A DNA stretch of 64,000 nt from Octopus vulgaris (Eukaryota): positions 44,888,001 through 44,952,000 of the forward strand of contig OX597833.1 in NCBI GenBank assembly GCA_951406725.2, in the 5' to 3' direction. Of the stretch, positions 12,442 through 25,774 are shown piece after piece (position 1 is the stretch's first letter; each line of letters opens with the position of its first letter). The notes below the pieces were generated by a model. That model was not told where the DNA came from. It ran no database searches and was given only the letters and a program-made list of their open reading frames with translations. The translations under genes and the position numbers were made by a program.

Positions 12442-13785
12442 TGATACTAAATTCCATGGCATACTGAACGATGTCGTTTTCAGCAAAATGATGACAAAAG
12501 AAACGATACAAAACCAATTGGTGACAGCAATAAAAATGCCCATATTTTTTAGAAACAGATCTAAATACCATTTTTTTTTTCTTTCTCCCTGCTCAGTTTT
12601 TCTTATGTTGTATTGTCATTCATTTCCCTTTGCAGCCTCAACAGTATTCTTTCATCTTCTCATAGTTCTATACTGCAAGGACTTTCCATTATATTGAAGA
12701 GAGTAATTTACTTTGACCCTGTATATGTATTATAATTAATAAAATCTTTGTGGACTGCATTATTTTTGTTTAGAAATGTTTTTCCTTTTCTTTGTGTCGT
12801 TAGTTAGACAGAAAAGCAGTGACTTCTGATCTTGACCAGGTAGCTACAAGACTAAAACATAGCGAGACACACACATTGTGTGTTTTCCATCACAACTAAT
12901 AACATATTTCACAATTGAGAAGAAACAGGTCAGTAAATATGTTTTCATAGCAGATGCCCTTCTTACCAATAACCCTTACCTGTTTTTCAAGTAATGAATC
13001 TCTTATTTCACATACCTTTGAAGATACAAAGCAAGTTGCTGATGTATTAGAATTAGTAACACTGGTAGTGCACAAATATAAACAAACACACATTCACATA
13101 CATGACACTTCTTTTAGTTTCTGTCCACCAAAGTCACTCACAAGTCTATAGTTTACCTGGGACTATAGCAGAAGATATGTGCCATGCAGTAGGAACAACC
13201 CTGAAACCACGAACTTTTTAACTATATGTATTCAGCTTGGTATGTGTAGGATGGAGTAGCTGAAGTGAACAGGTACTTTATGATAGAATGATTATGGTTC
13301 TATTGGAGGGGCATGATTATGGTTCTATTGGAGGGGCAAAAGGGTAAAGGCTCCCTTTGGTCATGAATGACCATGGGATTACACCTAGAAAGTTCCCCGC
13401 CCCAAGGCACATGTCCAAGCAGTTGCCCAGAATCCCATTTCCACACCACTGATGTTATCAAAAGAAAAGCAAAGGCTGATACAGCTTGGCACCAGCGATG
13501 TTGCAACTCATTTCTACTGCTGAGTGAACTGGAGCAACATGAAATAAAGTGTCTTGCTCAAGAACACAGCCCAGTCTGGGAATCAAATTCATGATTTCAT
13601 GATTGTGAGCTTGACACTAACCGCTGAGCCATGCACCCTCAGGGTTTAGGTGTTGGCTTAATTGAATTGTACCAATATTTATGACGTTTTATTTTTTTTA
13701 GATTCCTATTAGAAATTGAACTCAGAATGCCAAACTTCAAGACCTTGCTGTATTTACATTGTCATTGCCTGGAGGAGCTCTTTAG

Positions 13786-13971
13786 CAGTGGTTCTCAACT
13801 TTTTTGTGTCTATAAATCCCCTTTGATTCCTCTTTTACTCTGGAGGGGTGACCTTCATAGCCATTCAATGTCTAAAAACTACTTAATTATTCTGTGTATT
13901 GTAGAAACATGACCAATTTATTACACATAAATTTTAACAAAATCTTATATGGACTCCTGTTGAGAACCACT
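13786..13971. mobile_element. hAT-like MITE
   Basis: Ends CAGTGGTTCTCAAC ... GTTGAGAACCACT; the same left end occurs at ~57228; TSD not clear. Confidence 0.55.
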
Positions 13972-14878
13972 TCTTGATAACAAAGTAGATAAACTGATTC
14001 ATATGCAACCATAATTGATAGACAGCTTGTGGAAATATACTTGGGTTCTTAAGTAAGAAATATTTGCAAACTTTATGATAATTTACCAGATATAAACTGT
14101 TAGTGAGTCTCTTCATTGAAGTATAACTTCAATGTTCATAGAGAGAGAAAATATTTAAGAATCTGAACATGTGCGTGTAAAGTGTATTCTTGTTTCACAG
14201 CTGTCTAGTGTCTGAAAATTTTTCTATGTATTTCTCTTGTTAAGCACCTTTAGCCTTTCTCACTCTAAATTTGCTTTCTAATTGAAGTACAAAACCACAA
14301 ATTTGAAGGGAAAGAACAGATATTTACATCAACATGCACATACTACACTGGTATTTCATTTTATAGGCACTCTTTTGTGTAAGGATGAAAGGGGAAACCA
14401 GTCTCTGAAGGGATTTGAATCCTGAGAATAAGAAGGGATGATACTGAATACTTCAAAGCATTGTTACTCTACTGTTTCTGGCATTGGTTGCCATAATAAT
14501 TTCTGACATCATCATTTAACATCTGTTTTCCATACTGGCATGGGTTGGGCTGTTTGACAGGAGCTGTCAAACTGGAGGCCCACACTAGGCTTCAGTTGCC
14601 TGTGTTAGCATGTTTTCTATGGCTAATACCCTCTCTAACATGAACCACTTTTCAGAATGTAATGGGTTCTTTTTTTATGTGGCACCAACATGAAAGATAC
14701 AAATTAAATTATTTGGGAGAAGGTGTCAGTTGATTAAATCAACCCTAGTAGTTAACTGGTACTTTATCAACCCCAGAAGGATGAAAGGCAATGTTGACCA
14801 TGATAGACTTTGAACTTGGAATGTAAAGAGCCAGAATAAATACTGCAAGGCATTTTCATCAACAATAATGATTCTACT

Positions 14879-15177
14879 GTGGAGACACATGGCCTAGTGG
14901 TTAGAGCAGCAGACTCACGGTCGAGGGATCACGGGTTCAAATCTCAGACCAGGCGATGTGTGTGTTTATGAGCGAAACACCTAAGCTCCACGCAGCTCTG
15001 GCAGAAGGTAATGGCAAACTTCTGCTGACTCTTTCGCCACAACTTTCTCTCACTCTTTCCTCCTGCATCTTGCAGCTCACCTACGACGGACCGGCGTCCT
15101 GTCCAGGTGGGGAACCTCTACGCCAAGGAAACTGGGAAACCGGCCCTTATGAGCCAGGCATGGCTTGAGAAGGAACA
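14879..15177 (+). mobile_element. tRNA-derived SINE family B, second copy
   Basis: Colinear with 5447-5752; TSD AACAATA(A/G)TGATTCTACT at 14861-14878 and 15178-15195. Confidence 0.85.
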
Positions 15178-15801
15178 AACAATAGTGATTCTACTAATTC
15201 ACCACCTCAGTGATAAAATCAAACAAACATTTACCGAGATATTTACAATTTATTGTTTGGATATTGACAAACAAAACATCCAATCAATGAATTCTGTTCC
15301 TAAATGCTCATATTGCAGTTGCCAACAGTTACTTCTGCTGCAGATGGGTTTGTCATGAAATAAGCACCTAGCTTCAAGAGAACTGTTTCGTTGCAGGAGG
15401 TTTCATTAAAAAAAAAGAAAACAGAATTCAGGTGAACATCACAGGGAAAGCAGCATCTAAAATAAATAAAAGATAAAATAAGATATCAGTTCTGTTGCAA
15501 CTGGCCAAGATAAATGATGTCAGTAAAAAGGTTAACAATTCAAATCAGAGCTCTTAATTCACAAAACCTTTCAGCCTTGACTTCAACTCATTAATTTATA
15601 ACAGCACTGGCTCTAACTCCTCCATATGTACTTTGACTAATCATATATTTCTTAATGTTAACTGAAAGCATGCAACATACATGGACAGTATGAATCACCG
15701 GGCTACTTTTTAGCACTCTAATTATAATGATGTGTTATTATTAGGGGACAAGATGAAAGAACCTCCCCTGATATTTCAGGCCTTGTGCCCATAGCAGAAA
15801 A

Positions 15802-16231
15802 TCTTCAAAGCGACAGTCAAACCAATTCTACTATATGGCTCAGAAACCTGGACGTTATCAAAGAAGCTTGAGAGGCGGTTGGATGGAACTTACACTCACC
15901 TCCTTATGAGAGCTCAAAATCTCTCGTGGAAGCGTCATCCAACCAAAATATAAATATATGGGAAACTACCACCTGTATCATCTCTCGTGAAAGGTAGGAG
16001 AGTCCAGTTTGCTGGACATTGTTGTAGAGCTGAAAACGAGGCAATTTCTACTCTTCTCCTCTGGAGGCCATCTACTCGCGATACCAGAGGGCACACACTC
16101 TCCTACCCTGATGTAATCTGGGATACAGGCATCCAGCAACAGGACCTCCGTAATGCTATGATGGACCGTGAAGTCTGGTGTAGCATAGTAAATTCCATTG
16201 TCTCGACCACGGTCGAACGATGATGATGATG
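15802..16231 (+). mobile_element. 5'-truncated RTE-like LINE (RT C-terminal region) with (TGA)n tail and TSD
   Basis: Translates to PILLYGSETWTLSKKLERRLDG...RRVQFAGHCCR...DREVW with a stop; TSD ATAGCAGAAAA at 15791-15801 and 16232-16242. Confidence 0.8.
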
Positions 16232-18141
16232 ATAGCAGAAAAGATTATTATTATTATTGAGTGAGAGAGCACCAGATGCCATCAAAATGACACCGGGGTA
16301 GAAATGTACATCATCATCATTATTTAACGTACGCTGACGATGATGCTGTACATTTCTACCCCGTGGTCACTTTGATGGCATCTGGTGCTCTCTCACTCAA
16401 TAATAATAATAATCTTTTCTGCTATACCCATCATGACTACCTGTCTGATAACAGTAACCATAAAACAAAATTTACAAACATCTTCGTTTACCATTTCAGA
16501 AATCTAAATTACATTTGAAGCTAAAATTAAAGGATTGAATCCTTTAATGACCATTTAAAAACAAAAAAAAAAAAAAAAATTACTTTAGATAAATAACTTA
16601 CCTTTTGCAAGATTAAAGTATTGTTTGAATATAAAATTTAAGTGAATATAACATTGAGAGATTACATTGAATGAAATAGAAATTATATTGTAAATAATTG
16701 TAACGTTTATTCCTACAACACGTTTGAGAAAAACGTATCTATTAGAAAAGAAGCTAAAAAAATCTAAATCCAAAATTTATAAACATTTTGTTCTCAGAAA
16801 CAGAATTCCTGTTGCCAAATTCTCTTTGAGAAACACCTTTAAATCTGATTTGATTGTTTTTCAGTGCAGAAACAGTCAAATTAGTATCTGTGAAATTGGA
16901 CATTTTAATACATCATCATCATCATCATCATCGTTTAGCGTCCGTTTTCCATGCTAGCATGGGTTGGACGGTTCAACTGGGGTCTGTTAAGCTGGAAGGC
17001 TTCATCAGGCCTAGTCAGATCTGGCAGTGTTTCTACGGGTGGATGCCCTTCCTAATGCCAACCACTCCGTGAGTGTAGTGGGTGCTTTTTACGTGCCACC
17101 CGCACAGGTGCCAGACAGAGCTGGCAAATGGCCATGAACGGATTGTGCTTTTTACGTTCCACCGGCACAAGGCCAGTCGGGGCGGCGCTGGCAACAGTCA
17201 CGAACGGATGGTTCTCTTACATGCCACCGGCACTGGTAACACATCTGCAATTTCCATTGATCAATTTCGATTCTGATCCTCACTTGCCTCAACAGGTCTT
17301 CACAAGTAGAGTTATTAGAATTTTATTTTTGAGCTGATACATTTTTATCCATTCCAACTCCACAGCTAAGATACTTTACCATACATGCAGTCCACATGAA
17401 AGGCACTTATGCCACATAGTAGATGCCTGTGACACATGAAAGGCACCTGTGCCACATAGTAGACACCTGTGCTGGTTGGCATTAGGAAGGGCATCCAGCT
17501 GTAGAAACAAAGCCAAAACAGACGAGCAATGGTGCAGCTCTCTGGCTTACCAGTTCCAGTCAAACAATCTAACCCATGCCAGCAAGGAAAACGGAAACTA
17601 AATGATGATGATGATATACCAAAAGTAGTTATTAGTACTAACAGAAAAAACATTTTGGATTGTTGACTTCATAAGGATAACAGTCTCAAAATAGAATTTC
17701 CATCAGTGTTTTAATTCTTATTTACAGACGGAACATGAAATATATCATGAATATAGTATCTGGTAATCATAATAAAATGATTTCTTACAAGACTGTAAAT
17801 ATATTTGCAAATTTAAATGAGAAAGTGTCAATAAAAACATTGTATTTTTTCTGAAGAAAATGCATAACATCAAGTGCAATCTCCCCTTTACTAAACAGAA
17901 AGAACACAATCTTTACAAATTAAATTAGCTCTAGCACTTTATTGATTGTGAAAGGATGAAGCCAAACCAGTGGAGTTTTTAAACTCAGAACTTTTAAATC
18001 TTATCCTTTTTAAGTATAAAATTCAATCCATTTTGTAAAACTTCAATTGTAGGTTCATATAAGCAACAACAATTCAACAACAGAACTAACCTTGTTATAA
18101 ATATGGTATGACAGCAGGTGAAATGGATTGATTGAGAAAAC

Positions 18142-18258
18142 TCAGTCTGCGGATGATGATGAAGAACTGGAAGAATCATATGTCCTTGATGATGAGTGTT
18201 TTTTCTTTTTCTTCTTTTTCTTTTTCTGTTTTTTATCTTTTCTTTGTCGATGCTTATC
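18142..18258 (-). CDS. GPATCH1: GPATCH1 last coding exon (DKHRQRKDKKQKKKKKKKKKHSSSRTYDSSSSSSSSAD*)
   Basis: TTGCAG acceptor, phase 0, Lys/His/Ser-rich tail typical of GPATCH1, TGA at 18144-18142; AATAAA (-) near 17940. Confidence 0.8.
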   Translation of the reverse strand, partial: DKHRQRKDKKQKKKKKKKKKHSSSRTYDSSSSSSSSAD

Positions 18259-19858
18259 CTGCAATATAAACAAATTTGAGACAAGTCACTAAACACTCAC
18301 ATTAAGGACAAGAAGTTTAGTTTTTTTTTTTTTAATAAGTTCTCAAATTAGGTTACCTAAATGCTAAAGTAACTTACATACTAAAATAATGTAAACTATG
18401 GTACTGTTTATATTACACAAGGTATTAAACCCTTTTGATACCAACCTGTCTACGAACACCCTTGGTTCTATGATAGAAACTTCCTTTTTAAAAGTAACCT
18501 AGGCATAAGCTTGGCTGTAGTAAAAAGCTTGCTTCCATCCACATGGTTCTAGGTTCAGTTTCACTGCATGGCACCTTGGGCAAGTGTCTTCTACTATAAC
18601 CCCAGGCCAACCAAAGCCTCATGAGTGGATTTGATAGATGGAAACTGAAAGAAGCTCATCATATATATATTTGTGTGTGTGTGTCTGCATGTCTTTGTAT
18701 TAGTGTTTGTCCCCCACCACTGCTTGACAACCAGTGCTGATGTATTTATGTCCCCGTAACTTAGTGGTTCAGCAAAAGAGACCAACAGAATCAGTACCAA
18801 GCTTTAAAAGGAAAAGTACTAAGGCTGATGCATTCAACTAAAAATTCGCCAAAGGGGTGCCCCAGCATGGCCGCAGTTTAATGACTGAAACAAGTAAAAG
18901 AAAAAGATAAAAGATAAATTTAAAATTCTAACCAAAATTTCATGCTTATTTATGTTCCAGAAACACTAGTTTAATAATGACAAGATTATTTTACATCAAG
19001 AGTTCAATCCAGGCAAGGCATTAGGGCAAAACATGAGACACCTGAAGAAAGCTGGAGTTTATACGACTGAAATATAGTGAAAGCAACAATCAAGATGAGG
19101 ACACTACTTTAACTAATACAGAATTGTATTACCCAATCAGTACAGAACTGACATAAGACATCAATGGAGGTTTATAAGCCTTAAAAATTCACTCTGACTC
19201 TACCTACAGGCATGGCATAGCGGATAAAGGTGCTGAAATGCAGTGCAGTCACCTAGTGGTTCAGAGTTCAAATCCAGGCAAAGTACTAAGGTAAATCACA
19301 AGACACTTGAAAAAGGTTGGAACTTACACAACCCAAAAGTAGTGAATGCAACAATCAAGATCAGGACACCACCTCAATTGACAAGTCCCTTACCTTGGGG
19401 ATTGTTGGGGTGCTGCAGGGCAAGAAAGCCTGGCAGAGCCTGTCCCTCTCCAGGCTAAACTCATTTCTACAGCTGAGTGGACTGGAGCAACGTGAAATGA
19501 AGTGTTTTGCTCAAGAACACATCAAATCGTCCAGTCCAGGGATTAAAACCACATGAATCTAACAACCTAACTACAAAGGGATACGCTTCCACTAAGCAGT
19601 ACTCATTTCTACAGCTGAGTAGACTGGAGCAACGTGAAGTGTTTTGCTCAAGAACACAACGCATCGCCCAGTACAGGAATCGAAACCACAATCTTACAGT
19701 GATAAGAAACTTGCTTCTCAACTACACGGTTTCAGGTTCAGTCCCACTGTGTGGCACCTTGAACGAGTGTCCTCAACTATAGCTTCAGGCCGACCAAACT
19801 CTTGTGAGTGGATTTGGTACATGGAAACTGAAAGAGGCCCATCATGTATACATATATA

Positions 19859-19915
<57 letters not shown>

Positions 19916-20295
19916 CTTTCTGTCTGTGTTTGTCCTCTCCTCAACCATTGCTTAACCACCGACGTTGATGTGTTATGTCCCCAAAACTTAGCAGTTTGGC
20001 AAAAAAGACCTACAGAATAAGTACTAGGCTTACAAAGAATAAGTGCTGGGGATGATTTCTTCGACTAAAGACAGTGTTCCAGCATGGTCACAGTCAAAAC
20101 TCAAAATGTATAAAAGAAATCATGTGTACAATATCCTAACTACTGAACCACACTACCTCAACTAATGCATAAAACTTAATTGAAACTAGCAAAACGTTTT
20201 CCAACAGAAATATGATAACAAAATGGTTGAAATGACTTCAAAGCTTACCTGAAATATTAAGGGGTACATGAAATAAAGTGTAATACTACACATAC

Positions 20296-20411
20296 CTTTT
20301 CTGACTTCTTTGATGTGTGCTTACTTTTGTGTCTGTGCTTTTTTGATGAAGATTTCTTCAGGAACCCAAGAAGTTTCTTGTCCAATGGATCCAGTTGCTT
20401 ATTAGATGAAC
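20296..20411 (-). CDS. GPATCH1: GPATCH1 exon (SSNKQLDPLDKKLLGFLKKSSSKKHRHKSKHTSKKSEK)
   Basis: TTTTAG / AAG|GTATGT, phase 1-0, consistent with neighbouring exons. Confidence 0.8.
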
Positions 20412-21015
20412 CTAAAAGAAAAAAAGATTTATAAATTTGAGATGATCCACAGAATCAGCAGTTATATATCACCATTGAGAAAAATAATTCCTAATTTGTG
20501 TGAGGCGTTGGTGGAAGTATACTGTGCGTGAGAAGACCCGGCAGGACAAGTGAGACCATAACCCGTGGCTTCTACACGGGATGTAGCCAGTCCACTTATG
20601 CATACCTTTCCTTCTTGGGACACAAAACGTGTATCTACTTGTGAAGACCTGTTGAGGCAAGTGAGAATCGAAATCGATCAACATCAATGGAAATTGCAGC
20701 TGTGATACTAGTGCCAGTGGCACGTAAGAGAACCATCCGAACGTGGCCGTTACCAGTGCCGCCCCAACTGGCCTCATGTCACTGGCACATAAAAAGCACC
20801 ATCCGATCGTGGTCATTTGCCAGACTCGTCTGGCACCTGTGCTGGTGGCACGTAAAAAGCACCCACTACACTCACGGAGTGGTTGGCGTTAGGAAGGGCA
20901 TCCAGCTGTAGAAACATTGCCAGATCAGTCTGGGCCTGGTGCAGCCTTCTGGTTTCCCAGACCCCAGTTGAACCGTCCAACCCATGCTAGGATGGAAAGC
21001 GGACGCTAAACGATG

Positions 21016-21054
<39 letters not shown>

Positions 21055-21056
<2 letters not shown>

Positions 21057-21635
21057 GCTGATAGAATCGTTAGCCTGCCTGGCAAAACAAAATGCTAAGT
21101 AGCATCTCGTCCATCTTTACATTCAACTTCTGCGAAGGTTGACTTTGCCTTTCATCCTTTTGGAGTTAATAGAATAAGTACCAGTTATGTACTGGGAACC
21201 AATGTAATCAACTAATTCCCAAAATTTCAGGCCTTGTGTCCATAGTATAAAGGATTATTATTATTATAAGGCAGCAAGTTGGCAGAATCATTAGCACACC
21301 GGGCAAAATGCTAAGCAACATTTCATCTGTCTATGTTTTGAGTTCAAATTTTACTAAGGTTGACTTGCTTTGAGCTCACAATTCCTTGATGGAGTCATGA
21401 AGATGCTGCCATGATATAAACGTGGCAAGCTGGCAGAATCGTTAGCATGCTGGACAAAATGCTTAACGGTATTTCACCTGTCGCGATGTTCTGAGTTAAA
21501 ATTCTGCCGAGGCCAACTTAGCCTTTCGTCCTTTTGGAGCCGATAAATTAAGTATCAGTGAAACACTGGGGTTGATGTAATCGACTAGTCCTCTCCCTCC
21601 ATATTTCAGGCTTTGTGCCTATAGTAGAAAGGATT
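21055..21635 (+). mobile_element. Cluster of SINE family C copies (Deu/Nin-like GCCTTTCATCCTTT..GTCGATAAA..AGTACC) separated by (TAT)n
   Basis: Repeated GGCAGAATCGTTAGCA head and GAGTTCAAAT B-box-like motif; cleaner copies at 33778-34002 and 56597-56822. Confidence 0.7.
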
Positions 21636-21666
<31 letters not shown>

Positions 21667-22710
21667 TTAGGCATTAGGAAGGGCATCCAGCCATAGAAAC
21701 ACTGTCAGATCAGACTGGGCCTGGCGCAGCCTTCTGGCTTCCCAGACCCCAGTTGAACCATCCAACCCATGCTAGCATGGAAAACGGACGTTAAACGATG
21801 ATGATGATGATTATTATAATTATTATTATTATTATGATGATGATGGTGGTGGTGGTGGTGGTGGTGGTGATGATGATGATGATGCAGCAGCAGCAAGCTG
21901 GCAAAATCATTAGCACACCAGGCAAAATGCTTAGCGGCATTTCATGTTTTTGTATTGTGTTCAAATTCCACTAAGGCTGACTTGCTTTGGGCTCTCAATT
22001 CCTTGATGAAGGACACTGCCATTATATACGGTTTGTCTTGGACATTTGTAGGCCTGAGAAAAGCCCAACTCTCTCTAGATTCAGACCCGACTACAACTGA
22101 TTTCTTCTACAAAAGAGCACGGCGGACAAATTGAAAGAGTGAGAGAAAGGGAAAAAAATCGATTTCGGTAAAGGACTGGTGTTTTATTTATTGGCTTTGA
22201 AAGAATAAAAGGCAAAGTTGACTTCAGAGAGTGAGAACAATTACTACAGAGCAATGCATCCGACACTCTAATGACTGTGTTAATTGGCCAACGTGTATCT
22301 GTATCTGATGTGTGTACATTAAAAGTTACCAAAATCTGAAAGATCATCAACATAGGAATGTGCAGGGTCAGGTCACGAAGTAACAGTACTCGATGCCAGC
22401 GCCACCTTGACTGGCTTCTGTGCCAGTGGCACATAAAAAGCACCAACCGATCGTGGCCGATGCCAGACTTACCTGGTACGTAAAAAGCACCCACTACACT
22501 CGCGGAGTGGTTGGCGTTAGGAAGGGCATCCAGCTGTAGAAACACTGCCAGATCAGACTGGAGCCTGGTGCAGACCCTGGCTTCCCAGACCCCGGTCAAA
22601 CCGTCCAACCCGTGCTAGTGTGGAAAACGGACGTTAAACGATGATGATGATGTAGTAAAAATAATTATACATCCAAATGTAAACAATAAATATTGACAAA
22701 TATGATTTAC

Positions 22711-22881
22711 TTGGAGATTTTGTTGTAAACTTTGGTGGAAGAGCTGGGCCATAAACTTCAACTGAGGCTGCCTCATTTTCTGTAGAATCACTGTCTTTAG
22801 AACTGTGAGATGGTGAGATTTTTTCTTTTATGCTTTCAGCATTTTCTTTTTTTCTTTCAAGATTAGGTGCTTGAAAAGTTT
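22711..22881 (-). CDS. GPATCH1: GPATCH1 exon (...EVYGPALPPKFTTKSP)
   Basis: YGPALPP matches the GPATCH1 FGPRLPP motif; TTTTAG / A|GTAAAT, 171 nt, phase 1-1. Confidence 0.82.
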
Positions 22882-23533
22882 CTAAAATAAGAGGAAAGAA
22901 ACCAGCTTTTTATGACTCCAACATCATATAATACAAAGTGACTGAATTGATACAATATATTACAGCAGATTCACACAATTCATTTATTTGATTTACTTTT
23001 GTTTTTTTTATGTTGGCATGGGTTGGAAGGTTACTTATCTGAAGCAGTATTTTTTTTACATATAAAAGACCTTCCTATTATCAACTCTTACCTGTTTTTG
23101 CAAGTAAGAAATATATTTATTCCATTAAACTTTGAAGGCATTGTTATAAATGTTTTGTTTGCAAGGAATATAGACATGATATCATTGATTTTTCTTTCTT
23201 TTTTTTTGCCAATTAATCTCGTGCAAAGATGAGGAAATGACAATATCCACACATGTATGCATATAAGTGTGTGTGTGTACATACATATGACACATCTTTC
23301 TTACAGTTTCTGTTTACCGATACTACTTACAAAAGCCAAAGTAGAAGATACTTGGCTTAGGTACCATGTAGTCTGACTGGAGCTGAGACCCCATGGTTAC
23401 AAAGTAAACGTCTTACCGAAAACAGACATTGGAACTTGGTGCAGACCTTTGGCTTGCTGACTTCTGTTGAGCCATGCCAGCATAGAAAATGGACATTAAA
23501 TGATGGTGATGATTATATATATATATATGTGTA

Positions 23534-23570
<37 letters not shown>

Positions 23571-23647
23571 TTTGTGGAAAACATAAATCCGAGGAAGAAG
23601 CACACTCTAAGAGGTAGAGCAGTCTATATAAATATATTTTTTTATAA

Positions 23648-23869
23648 TGGGGAAGGCCTGTTTATGGGATTGCCCTGGGTTCCCCGTCCATAAAAGGTTT
23701 ACCTTTATGGTGTATCATTCAGAACCCAAAACTTGTTGGCCTAAGACCTCTTCAAAATTTTTTTGAAGAGGTCTTAGGCCAACAAGTTTTGGGTTCTGAT
23801 GATACACCATAAAGGTAAACCTTTTATGGACGGGAAACCCAGAGTAATCCTATAAACCCGCCTTCCCCA
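23648..23869. repeat. Near-perfect palindrome, ~110-bp arms, 3-nt loop
   Basis: ...CCTAAGACCTCTTCAAAA TTT TTTTGAAGAGGTCTTAGG..., complementary out to TGGGGAAGG/CCTTCCCCA. Confidence 0.92.
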
Positions 23870-23874
23870 GCAAA

Positions 23875-23931
<57 letters not shown>

Positions 23932-24330
23932 CACAGGTATGGCTGTATGGTAAGAAGTTTGCTTTCCAACCACAAGGTTCCAGGTTCAGTCCTACTACAG
24001 GCCACCTCAGGAAAGTGTCTTCTACTATAGCCTCAGGCCACCAAAGCCTTGTGAGTGGATTTGGTAGGCAGAAACTGGAAGAAGCCCATCATGTGTGTGT
24101 GTATGTGTGCGTCTGTGTGTCTTTATGTCTGTTTGTCCCCACTACTGCTTGACAACCGGTGTTGGCATGCTTATATACCCATAACTTAGCAGTTTGGCAA
24201 AACAGACTGATGGAATAAGTACCAGGCTTAGCAAAATATTAAGTACTGAGTTCAACTCATTCAACTAAAAATTCTTCAAGGCGGTGCCCCAGCATGGCCA
24301 CAGTCTAATGACTGATAAAAGATATGTGTT

Positions 24331-24357
<27 letters not shown>

Positions 24358-24362
<5 letters not shown>

Positions 24363-24965
24363 ATAATATAATAAATAAATAAAATATATGCATATATACA
24401 TACATATATGTACATACTTACATCTACATGTATATATACATGCATATATATATATATATATATATATGAGTACAGGACACCACAAATAAACGTAGAACAC
24501 GAGAAATGAAAACATAGAATCAAACAAGGAAACGGACTTTTTTTAACAACAAAAAAACAAGGAAACAGACTTTTTTTAAACAACGAAAAAACAGAGTAGA
24601 GGACAAACAATACAAGGAAAATTCCCCTTCATCAGCTGCCCCTGGTTCGACTCAATGCATGTTTCGAAGACGCATTGAGTCGAACCAGGGGCAGCTGATG
24701 AAGGGGAATTTTCCTTGTATTGTTTGTCCTGTACTCTGTTTTTATCGTTGTTTAAAAAAAGTCCGTTTCCTTGTTTTTTCGTTAAAAAAAGTCCGTTTCC
24801 TTGTTTGATTTTATGTTTTCGTTTCTCGTTGTGTTCTACGTTTATTTGTGGTGTCCTGTACTCATATATATATATATGCATGTATATATATATATGTAGA
24901 TGTAAGTATGTACATATATGTATGTATATATGCATATATTTTATTTATTTATTATATTATTATAT
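24358..24965. repeat. ~600-bp palindrome centred at 24665/24666
   Basis: Arms ~300 bp (CCCCTTCATCAGCTGCCCCTGGTTCGACTCAATGC / GCATTGAGTCGAACCAGGGGCAGCTGATGAAGGGG). Confidence 0.92.
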
Positions 24966-25230
24966 GACCGAACGCACACATTATTTCTCTATTTCTCTTC
25001 TCCAAGTAAGTTTTTATTTATATATATATATATATATATATACACATGCACACACACACATATATATATATTTATATGAGAGAGAGACTGGGAGATAGAG
25101 TGAAAAAGTTTCAGTCTTCAAGATATTTCATATGGTGAATGTCAGAGTTTTTGCAACACACAATGTGGTCTAAAAAACTCAGATGCATAAATGCAAATTT
25201 TATATTCACATTTAACACAGACTGATTTAC

Positions 25231-25456
25231 CTGGTGGTAATGTTGGCTTCAATTCTTTCTCTTTGGACTCAGTTTCTTTTGCCCTATTTTTTTCATTTTC
25301 ATTCACTTCTTCCTTTTTCTTCTTTTCTTCTTCTTTGTGCTCTTCCTTCTTTCTCTCAGGCTTCTCTTCTTCTTCCTCCTCTTCACTGTCTGAGGATGAG
25401 TCAGCAAATATAGCTTTAAAGAGATCCATAGGTGGCCTCTCTCCCTCTTCAACAGT
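25231..25456 (-). CDS. GPATCH1: GPATCH1 exon (TVEEGERPPMDLFKAIFADSSSDSEEE...)
   Basis: Conserved RP.MDLF.AIF motif; TTTCAG / G|GTAAAT, phase 0-1. Confidence 0.92.
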
Positions 25457-25774
25457 CTGAAATGAAAGAAACCAGAAGGCTTCTGTAATCCAATAAAACA
25501 AAAGGATTTATTGGGGCAGTTTAAAATATTAGTGTCCCACAACAGCTTCACTTCAAAATAGGCCATATTATGTGTAAATTCATAAATCAAAATACAATAC
25601 AATTTGCTGCAAGAAATGTTCATTTAACTCTGAACACAATCCAAGTTCATTTGTAAACCACCAAAATTCTAAGTTTATTTTACTGCCCTTTAAATGATTA
25701 AAGACAAAATTGACCTTGTAACAAAGATGGAATAAGGATAAAGACAGAAACCTGGTTGAGAGATTTTCAACCAG

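Noticed and set aside
13288-13337. 25-bp perfect tandem duplication
   Set aside because: Simple slippage or TSD-like duplication beside a SINE remnant; no further structure.
24690-24720. CTGATGA hammerhead-like core (also at ~60549)
   Set aside because: No GAAA..UH follows the potential stem II, so there is no complete ribozyme.
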